From NCBI RefSeq assembly GCF_006345805.1, contig NC_043013.1:10354001-10418000 (forward strand): 64,000 bases of DNA. The letters are read 5' to 3'. The notes under the pieces were generated by a model. That model was not told where the DNA came from. It made no database searches and saw only the letters and a list, made by a program, of their open reading frames with translations. The DNA is from Octopus sinensis. Taxonomy: Eukaryota. The stretch's first letter is position 1. Every line of letters begins with the position of its first letter. The position numbers and the translations under genes are program-made. This document shows, piece after piece, positions 40,286-52,759 of the stretch.

Positions 40286-40509
40286 TAGTAAATCCATAGT
40301 AAAAGTAAGCAGATGATTTTATCAGTACATTCTTAGAACATTCCCCAACGTGAACGTTGTAAAGTCTAGGATTCGAATGGTCGTAACCAAAATCAGTGAA
40401 CTTTCTGAACTTTCTGAACTTTTCAACTCCGTACAATATTACTTAGCCATTGACTCTCCTTTTTAATTTTTTTCTTTCTTTTTGTCTCCCATTTTACCTC
40501 TGAAATCAA

Positions 40510-40660
40510 CACGTTTTATTCATTCTCTCTCTATTTATTTCCTCTTACACCGTTCTGTCGAAGAGCGTAGGCTCGAAACGTAAAGAACTTTTCCATTTTT
40601 CCGAGCGTCAAACTTGCTTCTTGTTCCTACACCTGCCTTCATCTGTGTTTTTCTATAAAT
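40510..40660 (+). mobile_element. Short PLE-type repeat with a hammerhead-like motif (40553-40584)
   Basis: tt-CTGTCGA-A-GAGC-gtag-GCTC-GAAACGTA-aa; homologous to 22430-22570. Confidence 0.55.
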
Positions 40661-40672
40661 TTGAAATTTATA

Positions 40673-40882
40673 GGCGTAGGAGTGGCTATGTGGTAAGTAG
40701 CTTGCTTACGAGCCACCTAGTTTCTTGTTCAGTCCCACTGCGTGGCACCTTGGGCAAGTGACTTCTGCTATAGCCTCGGGTCAGCAAAAGCCTTGTGAGT
40801 AGATTTGGTAGACGGAAACTGAAAGAAGCTTGTCGTATATATATGTATATATATGTATATATATATATATATATATATCTGT

Positions 40883-40914
<32 letters not shown>

Positions 40915-41117
40915 GTGTATATGTTTGTGTGTCTGTGTTTGTCCCCCAACATCGCTTGACAACCGATGCTGGTGTGTTTATATACCCGTAACTTAACGGT
41001 TCAGCAAGAATAAGTACTAGGCTTACAAAGAATAAGTCATGGGGTCGATTTGCCCGACTAAAGGCGGTCCTCCAGCATGGCCACAGTCAAAATGACTGAA
41101 ACAAGTAAAAGAGTAAA

Positions 41118-41120
<3 letters not shown>
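40673..41120 (+). mobile_element. SINE family A, full length
   Basis: Complete head, microsatellite and tail. Confidence 0.92.
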
Positions 41121-41163
<43 letters not shown>

Positions 41164-42915
41164 CGAGCTACCTTCTGTTTTCGTCTACCTAATCTACTCA
41201 CAAGGTTTTGGTTGGCCCCTTGCTATAGAAGAAGGTGCACACTGTAGCATTGAACCCGAATCATGTGGTTGGAAAGCAAGAGCCATATCTATATCTATAT
41301 AGATATATGTGTGTGTGCGTGTGTGTGTAAATGTTTGTATGTGTGTTTATACGCGCCAGATTTTAAGATATATATATTATGGTCGATTTGTTCGACTAAA
41401 ACATTTCAAGGTGGTACCCCGTCAAAGTTAAAGTCCGGTAACTGAAAGAAGAGAAAGAGAAAGGAAAGAATCTATCTATTGTGCAAATGTGTGGGTTGGG
41501 AGGTCCCTCGTTTGGCCGGTCATCCCAATGAGAATTCCGAAATAAACGAGGTTGAGTTGCTAGGACTAAGCAAGTTTCAAAGTATTCTCTCTTCTATTTG
41601 CATTGCATTTATCATTCGCTTGCTCGTCGTTCCTTTCTTGTGCAATTTGTAATCTAAAGTCTGCTTTCTCGGCTACACCATTCATTGTTCATCACGTCTA
41701 TTCAGTTTCTCTCCCCTGACATTCCTCAACAGCTGTCTATTTAGAAATATTTATTAATGTATTTGAAGTAAATGACATTTAGTCACACCGAACAATTCCG
41801 AAACAGTAGTAAATTTTCAACGTAACACTTCTAAACGTTTTCAACCCAAAGGATCTCTTGCAGAAACCTCACTAAAAGTTATACTTACTTACACAGTTAA
41901 GTACTCCACTATGTACAATAGAGCATAGTTTATTGCTATCATTTTCTCATCATAAGCACCGACTTTTCACACGTTCCTTCGCTTCTGTCGACCAGCTCCC
42001 GCCACCTAATTGACGCTTGTTAGTCTCCCTACTTTCTCCTATTATTTCGTCAGCAGCTATTACTGAAGGCTGAGGTGGAAATGTGAAATTCAACTTAACT
42101 ATAACCATCAAATTATAATCAACGCTTGTTTTTTATGACTGACACTTCGACTAGTTCAAGTATCTTCATTTTATCAGTAACACAAGTCTTATTTCTGTGG
42201 TTTATGCTATCTAAGTCCGGCTACATTATTTATATATGATTATCTATCTCTACGCATAACAGCCTACTTTCTTCTGTTTGAAAACCAAAACCAAATAGCT
42301 TACAGAAAGGGCCTTTACGCATTAATGACATCTTTAACATTTCTCTGTCACTCAAATTTCTTTTTATCATTAAACTTCCTTTTCAATGAAATACTAAAAC
42401 GTGGTCGATCACGAAAAAAAAAAAAAAAACACCACCAAACTATTGTCAGGGCAGGGTAAGATATTCTGCATCTGGCATTGGAATCTATTACGCCACAGAA
42501 AAAAAAATCTTCAGATATTTAGTGAAAAATATATTTATGATATCTATGATTACATGTTACATAAGTACTCTGGTAAATAGTTTTATTAAAATCTGCCACT
42601 TTTCGTTTCTATATGAACAGAATATAACCGATTTTATATATAGTTTATCGGTAATAAGTATCGACCAAATAAGTCTGTAATAAATGAAATAACTTGATAA
42701 AGTTTACATAATAATTCTTTCTTTCCATTTCTCTCTAGATATATTGCCTATGTGTATGTGCATCCGTGTTTATTTACGTATTCATTGCTAAACATAAAAG
42801 CATGTGTGTGTGTGTGTGTATGTGTGTGTGTACAAGTATAGTGATGCAAACAGGAGAAGTAGAACACACAATAGAGGTATATTTAAACTTTTATGTTCAT
42901 TTAGCAGAAATAATA

Positions 42916-42989
42916 GAGTGACTCAAGGTCCGAGAGCTTCGTGTGTTGATAAGTGCCACCGCGTGAAGCTCTCGGATATTGAGTCACTC
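42916..42989. ncRNA. Pre-miRNA-like hairpin (candidate)
   Basis: 25-bp stem with one mismatch and one G-U pair, extended by about 5 bp, with a loop of about 14 nt. Single copy in the window. Confidence 0.35.
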
Positions 42990-43229
42990 ATTTACTTTTG
43001 CTAAATATTGATAAACGCACACGCACATTTCATCCCTCTTATATGTATGAAATATAATTTTTCTGAATCTTCAGATTTTTCTATATGCTAGACCACTGGT
43101 TTTAAATTGATATTAATCAAATTAATATTCAACTTTTCACCCCTGTTATTTTATATATATATAAAGTGTACTGTTCAATGATGGTAGGATCAACAAAAAA
43201 AGTGATCTATCTGGTGAGAGATAAATGAT

Positions 43230-43750
43230 ATTTAATAGACACAATATATATTTTTATGTGCTACTATTGGGAATCTTAACTATGTCAGTTTTTACGTTAA
43301 GGGAAAAGATAGGGGAGGGGGTATCTAAATAATTTTCCTATGTCAAATTTTAGGTCTATTATTATTATTCCGATTAATATTAGAAGGGTTATTTATTAAT
43401 TTACCTTTAAAGCCACTATTGGCCAGGGCATTGTAGTTAAGGGGCTACCTTCTCGAAAATTTATTTAGAGAAAGAAAGATTAGAAACTCTATTACTAATA
43501 TTATCTACCAGGATTTTAAATATTACAGGAAGGTGACAAGAGGGTTTATGTATATAGGCAAGATTCTCGTTACGCTTATGATAAGGTTTATAAGAGGAGA
43601 TCAGGACTAGGGAAGCTTTGTACAGATTAGTAGCTACTGTGATTTTAAGGCCTAAATGTAGAAGGAGGTTGTTTCCTAAATCTATCAAGGGTGTGATCAT
43701 CACAGCCATGAAAAATACCGAAACCGTCGTCATGGTATAGACAAACATCA
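43230..43750 (-). mobile_element. Penelope-like element RT fragment (catalytic YxDD to thumb)
   Basis: CLYHDDGFGIF..LGLKITVATN..YKPYHKRNENLAYIHKPSCHLPVIFK..ISNRVSNLS..YNALANSGF..RKII*..SLNVKTDIVK. This matches the PLE pattern GLYRDDGL / YKPY.KPN..P.YIH..SNHPP / RKIIWFNPPYS.NVKT. Confidence 0.85.
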
Positions 43751-43944
43751 TTCTATATTTAAGAGATGAGACGCCATATGCCCGTGGGCATAAGGCGTAG
43801 TGGTTAAGAGTGTGGGCTACTAACCCCAAGATGCCAAGTTCGATTCCAGGTAGCGACCTGAATAATAATAACAATCAGAACAACAACAACAACAACAAAA
43901 ACAACAATAATAATAATAATAACAATAATAACAATAATAATAAT

Positions 43945-43990
<46 letters not shown>

Positions 43991-44150
43991 GCAATAACAG
44001 CATCATAAAATACCTTAGTAATGAGAACCCAGGTTCGAAATTTCCCCAAGACACCTGAAGAAGGCTGGAGGGTATATCAGCCGAAACATTGTGTTAACAA
44101 CAAACAAGATGAGGACAAATATCCGTCGAATGTAAGTAATGTAAATAATC
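43751..44150 (+). mobile_element. tRNA-headed, microsatellite-containing, hammerhead-bearing short element (family D) with an inverted left arm
   Basis: A-box-like 43793-43803, B box GTTCGATTC 43838-43846, (AAT/AAC)n 43861-44000, hammerhead 44050-44095. 43751-43783 is an inverted copy of the family tail plus head. Confidence 0.75.
44050..44095 (+). ncRNA. Minimal type I hammerhead ribozyme motif
   Basis: gacac-CUGAAGA-A-GGCUG(g agggtata t)CAGCC-GAA-ACAU-U-gtgtt. Stems I and II pair; stem III is reduced to 4 nt (ACAU, probably decayed ACGU). Confidence 0.7.
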
Positions 44151-44315
44151 GTGAAATAGGAACTTAGATCACATTGTGCTTAATACAAAGAGACACAAGG
44201 TTGCATACATCAGCACTTATCAATAACTTACAGACATAGAATAACTAAAATTACACTATACAGTGTGACGCTCTCTTAGGTTGCAATTTAAGGGATATTT
44301 AACAAGCAAGTTTAA

Positions 44316-44516
44316 TACTCTTACTCTTTTACTTGTTTCAGTCATTTGACTGCGGCCATGCTGGAGCACCGCCTTTAGTCGAGCAAATCGACCCCGGGAC
44401 TTATTCTTTGTAAGCCCAGTACTTATTCTATCGGTCTCTTTTGCCGAACCGCTAAGTGACGGGGACGTAAACACACCAGCATCGGTTGTCAAGCAATGCT
44501 AGGGGGACAAACACAG

Positions 44517-44552
<36 letters not shown>

Positions 44553-44730
44553 GTATATACATATATACGACAGACTTCTTTCAGTTTCCGTCTACCAAAT
44601 CCACTCACAAGGCATTGGTCGGCCCGGGGCTATAGCAGAAGACACTTGCCCAAGATGCCACGCAGTGGGACTGAATCCGGAACCACGTGGTTGGTTAGCA
44701 AGCTACTTACCACACAGCCACTCCTGCGCC
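44316..44730 (-). mobile_element. SINE family A, full length, young
   Basis: Nearly identical to 2005-2413. Confidence 0.92.
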
Positions 44731-45123
44731 TATGTCGAACCATTAATTAGAATTATTTTTGCATCGGCAAATGTGTCTCTATCACGTGACGCATTTTCCG
44801 TTCAGTCGATGAAAATATCATGTATTCAGTCTATTGACTGAAATGTACTTGGTTAAAGTACAAAAAAGAGCACACGTCATCATACAAGGCCATATCTTAA
44901 TACCATAAACCATTGCATACCACAGTGTACAGTCTTTTAATTACTGTATATTACCATATGGATGCTACGCCCCTCACGTTTTCATTTCCCTTAGTTACCA
45001 CACCCTCATCTTTAATATTTCATGCCTAATTACGAAAACAAAACATATCTACGGAAAAAAGTGATTACTTTTGCAGCTATTTATGTACACACACACACAC
45101 ACACATATGTATATATATATATA

Positions 45124-45167
<44 letters not shown>

Positions 45168-45262
45168 GATATATATATATATAGATAGATAAATATAGAG
45201 AGAGCGTGATAGACAAACAGACAGATATTTATATATGTGTGTTTTTGTGTAAATCTATATCT

Positions 45263-45351
<89 letters not shown>

Positions 45352-45358
45352 CTGTATG

Positions 45359-45391
<33 letters not shown>

Positions 45392-45428
45392 GCATACATA
45401 CGAATGTGTACATTTGTATATGTGTGTG

Positions 45429-45467
<39 letters not shown>

Positions 45468-46119
45468 AGAGTATGTGAGTGTGTGCGCGCGCGCGTACGT
45501 ACTCGTGCGCTCACACAAAGACTATTTCACATCACAAAGCTTCATTTGACGTTACATATTTTCTCCTTTCTTATATTCTTTGATATGCATAGATTATACA
45601 ACTAAGCGTCGTTTCAAGATTTGAATCCAGATGTCAGTGAAAACTAAAAACAGGTTTCTTTTTTTTTTTTTTGAGATAAATTCATTAAATGCTTCTCAAA
45701 ATAACCCCAAATTTCATAGAATAAGACTTATGCCAAATACCAAGAAATAATAAAATAGTCCTTTACTTTAAGAATATCTTATTTCTCATGCAGTCGTATT
45801 TCACAGAGTGTTATCACAAAAGTGAGTTTTATTTTCTTGCGTCTTCTTCGCATTTCATCGTACTGCTTTCTTTTGTTTCATAATCGTTGTATTTATTACC
45901 TCCCCGTGGATAGATGTTGAAGTGTTACAGTGCCGAGTTGTGAAATGGAAATTTCAATGTAAAGGCACCAATGTAATGACACTCCTGAACTTGCTATCCT
46001 TGTGCTAAAATTTGAAACCAATATATTGTTTGTAACACACATTGGCATTTAACGACTTCTTTATGATTAGTCCATATTACTCCATAAGGAGCATTTTATA
46101 CCAGTGGACATGATATTGT

Positions 46120-46600
46120 ACTACGTCCTTGATTTCAGACTAAGAGAGACCGATTTCTTTGGCTTCATTTTTCACGCATACTTTCCAGGTCGTCTTAGGT
46201 CGTCTAAATTTCCTCTTTCCTTCGGGTTTGCCAGTCTGACACTTGTCTTGCAATGCTGCTTGGAGGTTTCCTTAAAGTGCGACCGACCCAACCCCATTTC
46301 CTTTTCAGTATTGTCTTGATTGATGAGAGCTTGGTTCGTTCTCTCTCTCAGAGTTATGACTGAAATTTTGTCCGGCAAGCAGATCTTAAGGATGAAGCAC
46401 AGACGTTTGTTGACGAAAGTCTGTCGCTTACTTTTTATGGCTTTAAGAGACCCTCCAAATTTCTGACCCGTAAAGACAAACAGCTTTAACATTGGAACTG
46501 AAGATACGGAATTTTGTTTGAAAGATGGCTTCGGAGTTCTGGACCGGTCGAAGAATGTTACCAGGCCTTTCCAAGCAAATACTAATCATATGATATTCTT
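46120..46600 (-). mobile_element. RTE-clade LINE fragment
   Basis: Frameshifted TKFRIFSSNVKAVCLYGSEIW..QTFVNKRLCFILKI..KRKWGWVGRTLRKP.SSIARQ matches VLLYGSETW / W.WIGHTLRK. Confidence 0.85.
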
Positions 46601-47509
46601 ATTTTTCTTCTTCTTTATTATTAAAGTTTTAATCCAGATTCAGGCGGTAATCATACCATATTTTTCTATGTCGAATACTTCAATGCAGAATATAGCTCGC
46701 ATTATTTTATATTTGTTAGTTGCAGTTTCAAGGAAGTTTGAGTGATGTATCTAGAAAGGCTACTTCTATTTAAGGCTTTCACGTTGACTTAATCTGCAGA
46801 GATATTTTAGTTGATGGGCCAAAATTTCACGAAAGAGATCGAAATTTCATTTATTTTCATGTATTCTTCTTAAAATTTTGGATTAAATACATAAAATGCT
46901 TCATGCCTTTTGGGTACCCCCTATATATGTAAATAAAAGGGACGTTTGCATGACGTAGGCAGAAATGTATTCTAGCGTTTTGGTGTTATTCGAATCCATT
47001 GGCATTTCAAATCGTTCACTAAAAAATTTAGTTTTTATTGTTTCCCATTTGTCAATATCAAAAAGACTTATTTGTAGTTCTATTTCTTTTAAAAGTATTC
47101 ACTAAATATCCAGCCTTACGTCATTCGTGAATAAAAATGTCGATTTATTTTAAGAGAGACATACATAAAGTGCCTCATGTATGCATGGCTTCAGTTTAAA
47201 GATGTTCGTTATACTCACCGTCCAGATGCTTGCAATTTTCTTTCTCAAACCTCTACACCCTTAACCAGTACCATTTATTTCACTCTATGGGTGAATAGCG
47301 TTAAAAACAATAATTTTACATGAAATATCTTCTTCATCTTGCTCGGTACGAATATATAAGAACATATCAATTTAAGCGTTCACACACAAATGCATAGATA
47401 CATATACATACATACATGCATGCATATACATACATATAAATGCATAGATGTGTGCGTGTGTGTATTTATATATATTTATATGTATATTTATATATATATA
47501 TATATATAT

Positions 47510-47551
<42 letters not shown>

Positions 47552-48261
47552 ATATATATATGAGTGTGTGTGTGTGACATACATTTAAACAACAGACAAA
47601 TACAGGTAAATCAAATACTGTACAACATACAATCTTGATATATTAAGCTACCTCCACCTCCACGGAATATGTCATAATTACCAAAAAGCAATTGCATACA
47701 GCTCCAAGAGAGGAAGGGAGATAACCTCAAGAATCAAGAAAAGCTGACATGAATATGTGTCCGTGTGCGCACCTGTCCGTCTGCGTATATGTATACGATA
47801 TATACTATATATACGTGTGTGTGTGTGAATGCATGCGAGGTACATTTGTGCAATATTTTTTTTATATTTTAATTTTTACTATTTTACTTGTTTTATTTGG
47901 GCCGTACTCGTCAAGATACTGAGATAAGTATCCAGCTGCTATCTTCGATTAATTCTAAGAGTACTCCAGACATTAACAAAAAGTCGTGTTTCTAAGACAA
48001 CATACGTTGCCCCGAGTAGCATGGATGGAAAATAAGTGCTCTATTCAATACGTATTATACTAACAAAAGAGAAAATCATATTAAATACTATTGAGAAATA
48101 TCTTGTAAAAAAAAAAACAACTATAAAATAAATGAGTCAACTGCATATATGTGTACTGGATGACCGATAAGATTCGATAAGCTGTTTGTACAGCACTCTG
48201 TTTGTGTGAGTGTGTGTGTGTGTACGAGCCCTTGTACTCATATGTATATCTATATGTATGT

Positions 48262-48302
<41 letters not shown>

Positions 48303-48420
48303 GAAGTAAATTAGCCTGATCAATATGTAATACACATATATTAAATATATATTTCAGCGGTGGTGCCCCAGCATGGCCGCGGCCTTCGGGCTAAAACATT
48401 TTTTTAAGGATTTATATAAA

Positions 48421-48612
48421 ATACAAAATATGTATATGTATACATATAAAAAGGTCCAATTTACACAGAGTACAAATGATATAGAAAATTAAAGTGATAC
48501 GAGAAAGCTATTATATACCTGTAATTTTTTCCTCCCCATTAATTCTATATATCATTTGTATTCTGTGTAAGATGGACCTTTATATAAGTATACATATATA
48601 CATATTTTGTAT
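48421..48612. repeat. Imperfect AT-rich inverted repeat (about 75-bp arms), MITE-like
   Basis: aaggtccaatttacacagagtacaaatgatatagaa / ttctatatatcatttgtattctgtgtaagatggacctt. Confidence 0.75.
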
Positions 48613-48653
48613 TTCATGTATTTAATACACTTCATATATATATAATATATATA

Positions 48654-48730
<77 letters not shown>

Positions 48731-49127
48731 AATATATACATACATGCATTAACACATGCATACATAACCCTGAAGGGAGTTGTTATTTTTCATCTTTACT
48801 CAGTTTTGATGCGAAATACTAATTGAGTACAATTACACCATGTACTTCTATTGCATTGGGGTCTTTATGGATGGCTTGCATAGTGAATCTTTGTTTTATA
48901 TGTATATACATGCATACATACAGATTGTAGATGATATCCAAATGTTCTCCGTATAGGAGTATACTTAGTAGTGCTCAAAATATTCAAACTAGGGCGAATA
49001 TATATATATATATATATGCGTACATACATACACACACACATACACACACACATATATATATATATATGTATATATTTATATGTGCGTGTGTGTGTGTCTG
49101 TGTGTGTGCATGTATTTCTGTGTATAA

Positions 49128-49158
<31 letters not shown>

Positions 49159-49519
49159 CCTCTATCCTGCTTTGGACTACAGGTGTTTAACTGATGTTAT
49201 CGTTAGCAACACTGAAGTCAATACAGAATTCCCATTATCAATAGCTTCGAAAGTGTTATGAATGAAGCGCTACTTGAAAAGACAGTATCGTAACGAAAAT
49301 AACGCCTGTAACCCTAGGTCAGCATTCTTAGGCCACATCTAGAGCTAATTACACAATAACAAAGATAACAACAGGACAGGACCTTGAATAAGTTTTCATT
49401 TGCTAGAAATGTCAGCTAATTTTCTTGCATATCATTCGCTCTACTGCCGTTTAAAAAGGAAGATCACATCATATAATACTGGTTTTACACTTCGGCATTC
49501 AGCCAGCAGTATTAAGGAA

Positions 49520-49675
49520 GAGGGTAGTCAATAACATCGGCCTTAATGTTCTACAAGTACTTATTTTATCGAACCCAAAATGAGGAAAGACAAAGTCGAC
49601 CTGGGTGGTATTTGAATTCTGAACGCCAAGATCAAGTAATACCACTAAGCATTTTGTACGTTAAGCTCGCCTCGA
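49520..49675 (-). mobile_element. SINE family B, diverged
   Basis: gtacttattttatcgaaccc..aaagacaaagtcgacctgggtggtatttgaattc. Confidence 0.7.
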
Positions 49676-49779
49676 TAATCAGTGTTATCCACCATAGACA
49701 GCCAAGAATAAGGAGGTGGTCACGAATGGAAAGCCTTTGTTCATGGATCTACTGAGTGGGGGCTGATCCTGGAGCTAAA

Positions 49780-49915
49780 TAACACCTGATGAAGACTGAA
49801 GGGTATACTGACCGAAACGTTGTGTTAATAACAAACAAGATGAGGACAAATATCCGCCAGTTATAAATAATGTAAATAATTTACATAATTCCTCATCTCT
49901 TAAATATAGAACTGT
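49780..49915 (+). mobile_element. Second family D copy (3' part) with hammerhead motif 49780-49827
   Basis: taacac-CUGAUGA-A-..-GAAACGUU-gtgtta, followed by the same tail (aacaaacaagatgaggacaaatatccg) as 44096-44150. Confidence 0.75.
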
Positions 49916-50302
49916 GGAGGCGCAATGGCCCAGTGGTTAGGGCAGCGGACTCGCGGTCGTAGGATCGCGGTTTCGATTCCCAAACCGGGCATTGTGAGTG
50001 TTTATTGAGCGAAAACACCTAAAGCTTCACAAGGCTCCTGCAGGGAGTGGTAGTGAACCCTGCTGTACTCTTTCACCACAACTTTCTCTCACTCTTTCTT
50101 CCTGATTCTGTTGTACCTGTATTTCAAAGGGCCAGCCTTGTCACACTCTGTGTCACGCTGAATCTCCCCGAGAAATACGTTAAGGGTACACGTGTCTGTG
50201 GAATGCTCAGCCACTTGCACGTTAATTCCACGAGCAAGCTGTTCCGTTGATCGTATCAGCTGGGACCCTCATCGTCGTAACCGACGGAGTGCTCCTATAT
50301 TA
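49916..50302 (+). mobile_element. tRNA-derived SINE family C, full length, 15-bp TSD
   Basis: TGGCCCAGTGG A box and TTTCGATTCC B-box-like motif. taaatatagaactgt is duplicated at 49901-49915 and 50303-50317. Confidence 0.92.
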
Positions 50303-50709
50303 TAAATATAGAACTGTATGAACAACAATAATGTGTGCGAGACGACGCGGAAATCTTGACTCGTAAGAAATAGCAGTCAAATCGCTCTCAGCTCACGCAT
50401 CTTTCTGTCTTAAAACGGAACATTGCGTTGCATAACAAGTTAGTGGATGCGCTGCACCACACTACCCACCTCATGCACCCCCAAATCGACAAATTTGTCT
50501 CGATTGGAAAGCCTATGCTATTTAGCCAATTCTTTCACGACTGGTTTATGGCGAAATAACATCGACGACGACGAGCACTGGACAACGTGACAGTTCCAGA
50601 GTAGTCATCCGACGCAGTAGAAATAGCAGCCTATTTCCTTCGAATCAAACAAATTATCTTCAAAATAATATAGTACAAGATTACGTAGTATCAGTTTTAT
50701 TATTATAGG

Positions 50710-50992
50710 TAAAGACCCCGCTTTGGACATGAATGACAATGGGACTGCACCTAGAAAGTTACTCTCCAAGGCACAAGTCTGAACAAGGTTATTTATGGAA
50801 GGCCAACAGTCACCCATGCATATCAGCCTCCACTCTCCACGCCCCCGATGTTACCCAAGAGAAAAAAAAATCAAAGGCTAATACATCTTGACTCCAATGA
50901 CGTCGCAATTCATTTTTACAGCTGGAGCAACGGGTAATAAAGTATCTTGCTCAAGAATACAACACACAATCCGTCTCTAACCACTGTGTCAT
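50710..50992 (-). mobile_element. SINE family E, diverged
   Basis: Reverse complement gacacagtggttagag..cttgagcaagatacttt..ctccagctgtaaaaatg: a tRNA-like head stub plus a conserved-core-like segment. Confidence 0.6.
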
Positions 50993-51316
50993 AAATATGT
51001 GATGGTCACGGCTGGAACTTTCACAATCATAAATCTGTTCAATGAGAACTGTCCTCTAGTTAAACAGCTATAACGGTTCAACCTTCCTGAAATCACAACT
51101 ATTTTATGATTAAGAAAGAACAAGTGTACGTTGCTTCATGCAGATTTATATACTTTGAGTCACAGAATGGACAAAATGGTCACGGGTGGAATGGCCTTTT
51201 AAAATTGAGGATGATTAAAACAGTATTATCATCGTGGCGATGTTGTTGTTTCTGCAGTTTATTGTTCCTTGAGCATTGTTTATGTATCGAGTCGCCGAAA
51301 TGTGCAATAACATTTA

Positions 51317-51349
<33 letters not shown>

Positions 51350-51617
51350 CTATATATATACATATATATATATTACATATATAATATATATATAATAATA
51401 GTATATATATAATATATTTATATATATATATTATATACGAACAAACATACATACATACATATATACAATAAACACACACATTCACATTCAAACATCTCAC
51501 AGCCATTAATTTTTATCATGGCCCCGAATCATAAGTTTTAAGCGACCGCGATCAAAGACTAAATGTAATAACATAAATTCTATACTTGGTCATACTCTAT
51601 CATCTATCTATCTATCA

Positions 51618-51686
<69 letters not shown>

Positions 51687-51886
51687 CCTATCTATCTATC
51701 TATATATATATATATATCCCACTCTCTCTCCCTCCCTCTCTCTCTCCTTCTCTCTGTCTATATATATACATGTATATTTAAAAATGTGTGCACAGATATA
51801 TAGTTTCAAACATTTACACAAATATATACTCATATTTGTTCATGAGTGTGTCTATGTATGCATGCAGTATGAATGTATGTCGCTCT

Positions 51887-51917
<31 letters not shown>

Positions 51918-52759
51918 TCACGCTCACATATCAAAAAACTTCAGTATATCTATAAAAATCAAATGTAATTTTATCTCTACCGCATATATCTTAGAATTTT
52001 ACCGGAACTATAAGCACATTCCCTGAACATACACACCTGACATGTGTGTGTAAGGTCGTAGTCCAATGATTGAAACCAGTAGAAGATATACACCTGACAT
52101 TTTCGAGTTTTTACTTAAACAGCGGAATACAAAAAGAGACTACATCTCTGCGATACAGGATATATGAATATTTATTGAGAGTTACTTCTGTACTTCAACG
52201 AAAATTCAAGTACATTTTGGCCGCTATAAGCAAAATTTGATATTGACTCTTATATATTTGTTATCATTGGTAATATTTATCTCTTCAAATATAGTATTTG
52301 AAAGCAGCTCTCACATGTCATGTCACCAAACAACGTAAGAATTATCTAGAAAAGAAGATACTAAGTAGCGGTCCGTATGGTTGGCTAATTGTATTATCAA
52401 CAGTAGAGTTATGAAAGCGCTCTAACTTGGTATCGATATAAGGCTTGGGATTTATTTTACCTAAGATATTATAACCGCAGAGATACTCATAGTGGATTTT
52501 GCCTTTAAATAGAAAATGAAGAAGCCTCAATGTGTCTTACAACAGGATAACTATATTCATTTCGTTTTCATTTAGGCATTTATACAGTGAGTAATACGTT
52601 ATGATCATCATGGTAAAGTTATTTTCAGGTACATTCATATAAGAGAATGCTTTTGACCAACGACACCTTGTTTAGTATAGACCAATTATTTGCTCTGCAG
52701 AGTTTTCGGCTCCCAACTACCAGCCAGTTGTTCCCGAGGTTTTTTCTTTACCATTAATT

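Noticed and set aside
43786-43860. Possible tRNA-Ser gene
   Set aside because: It lacks a proper acceptor stem and variable arm and runs into a microsatellite; treated as a tRNA-derived element head.
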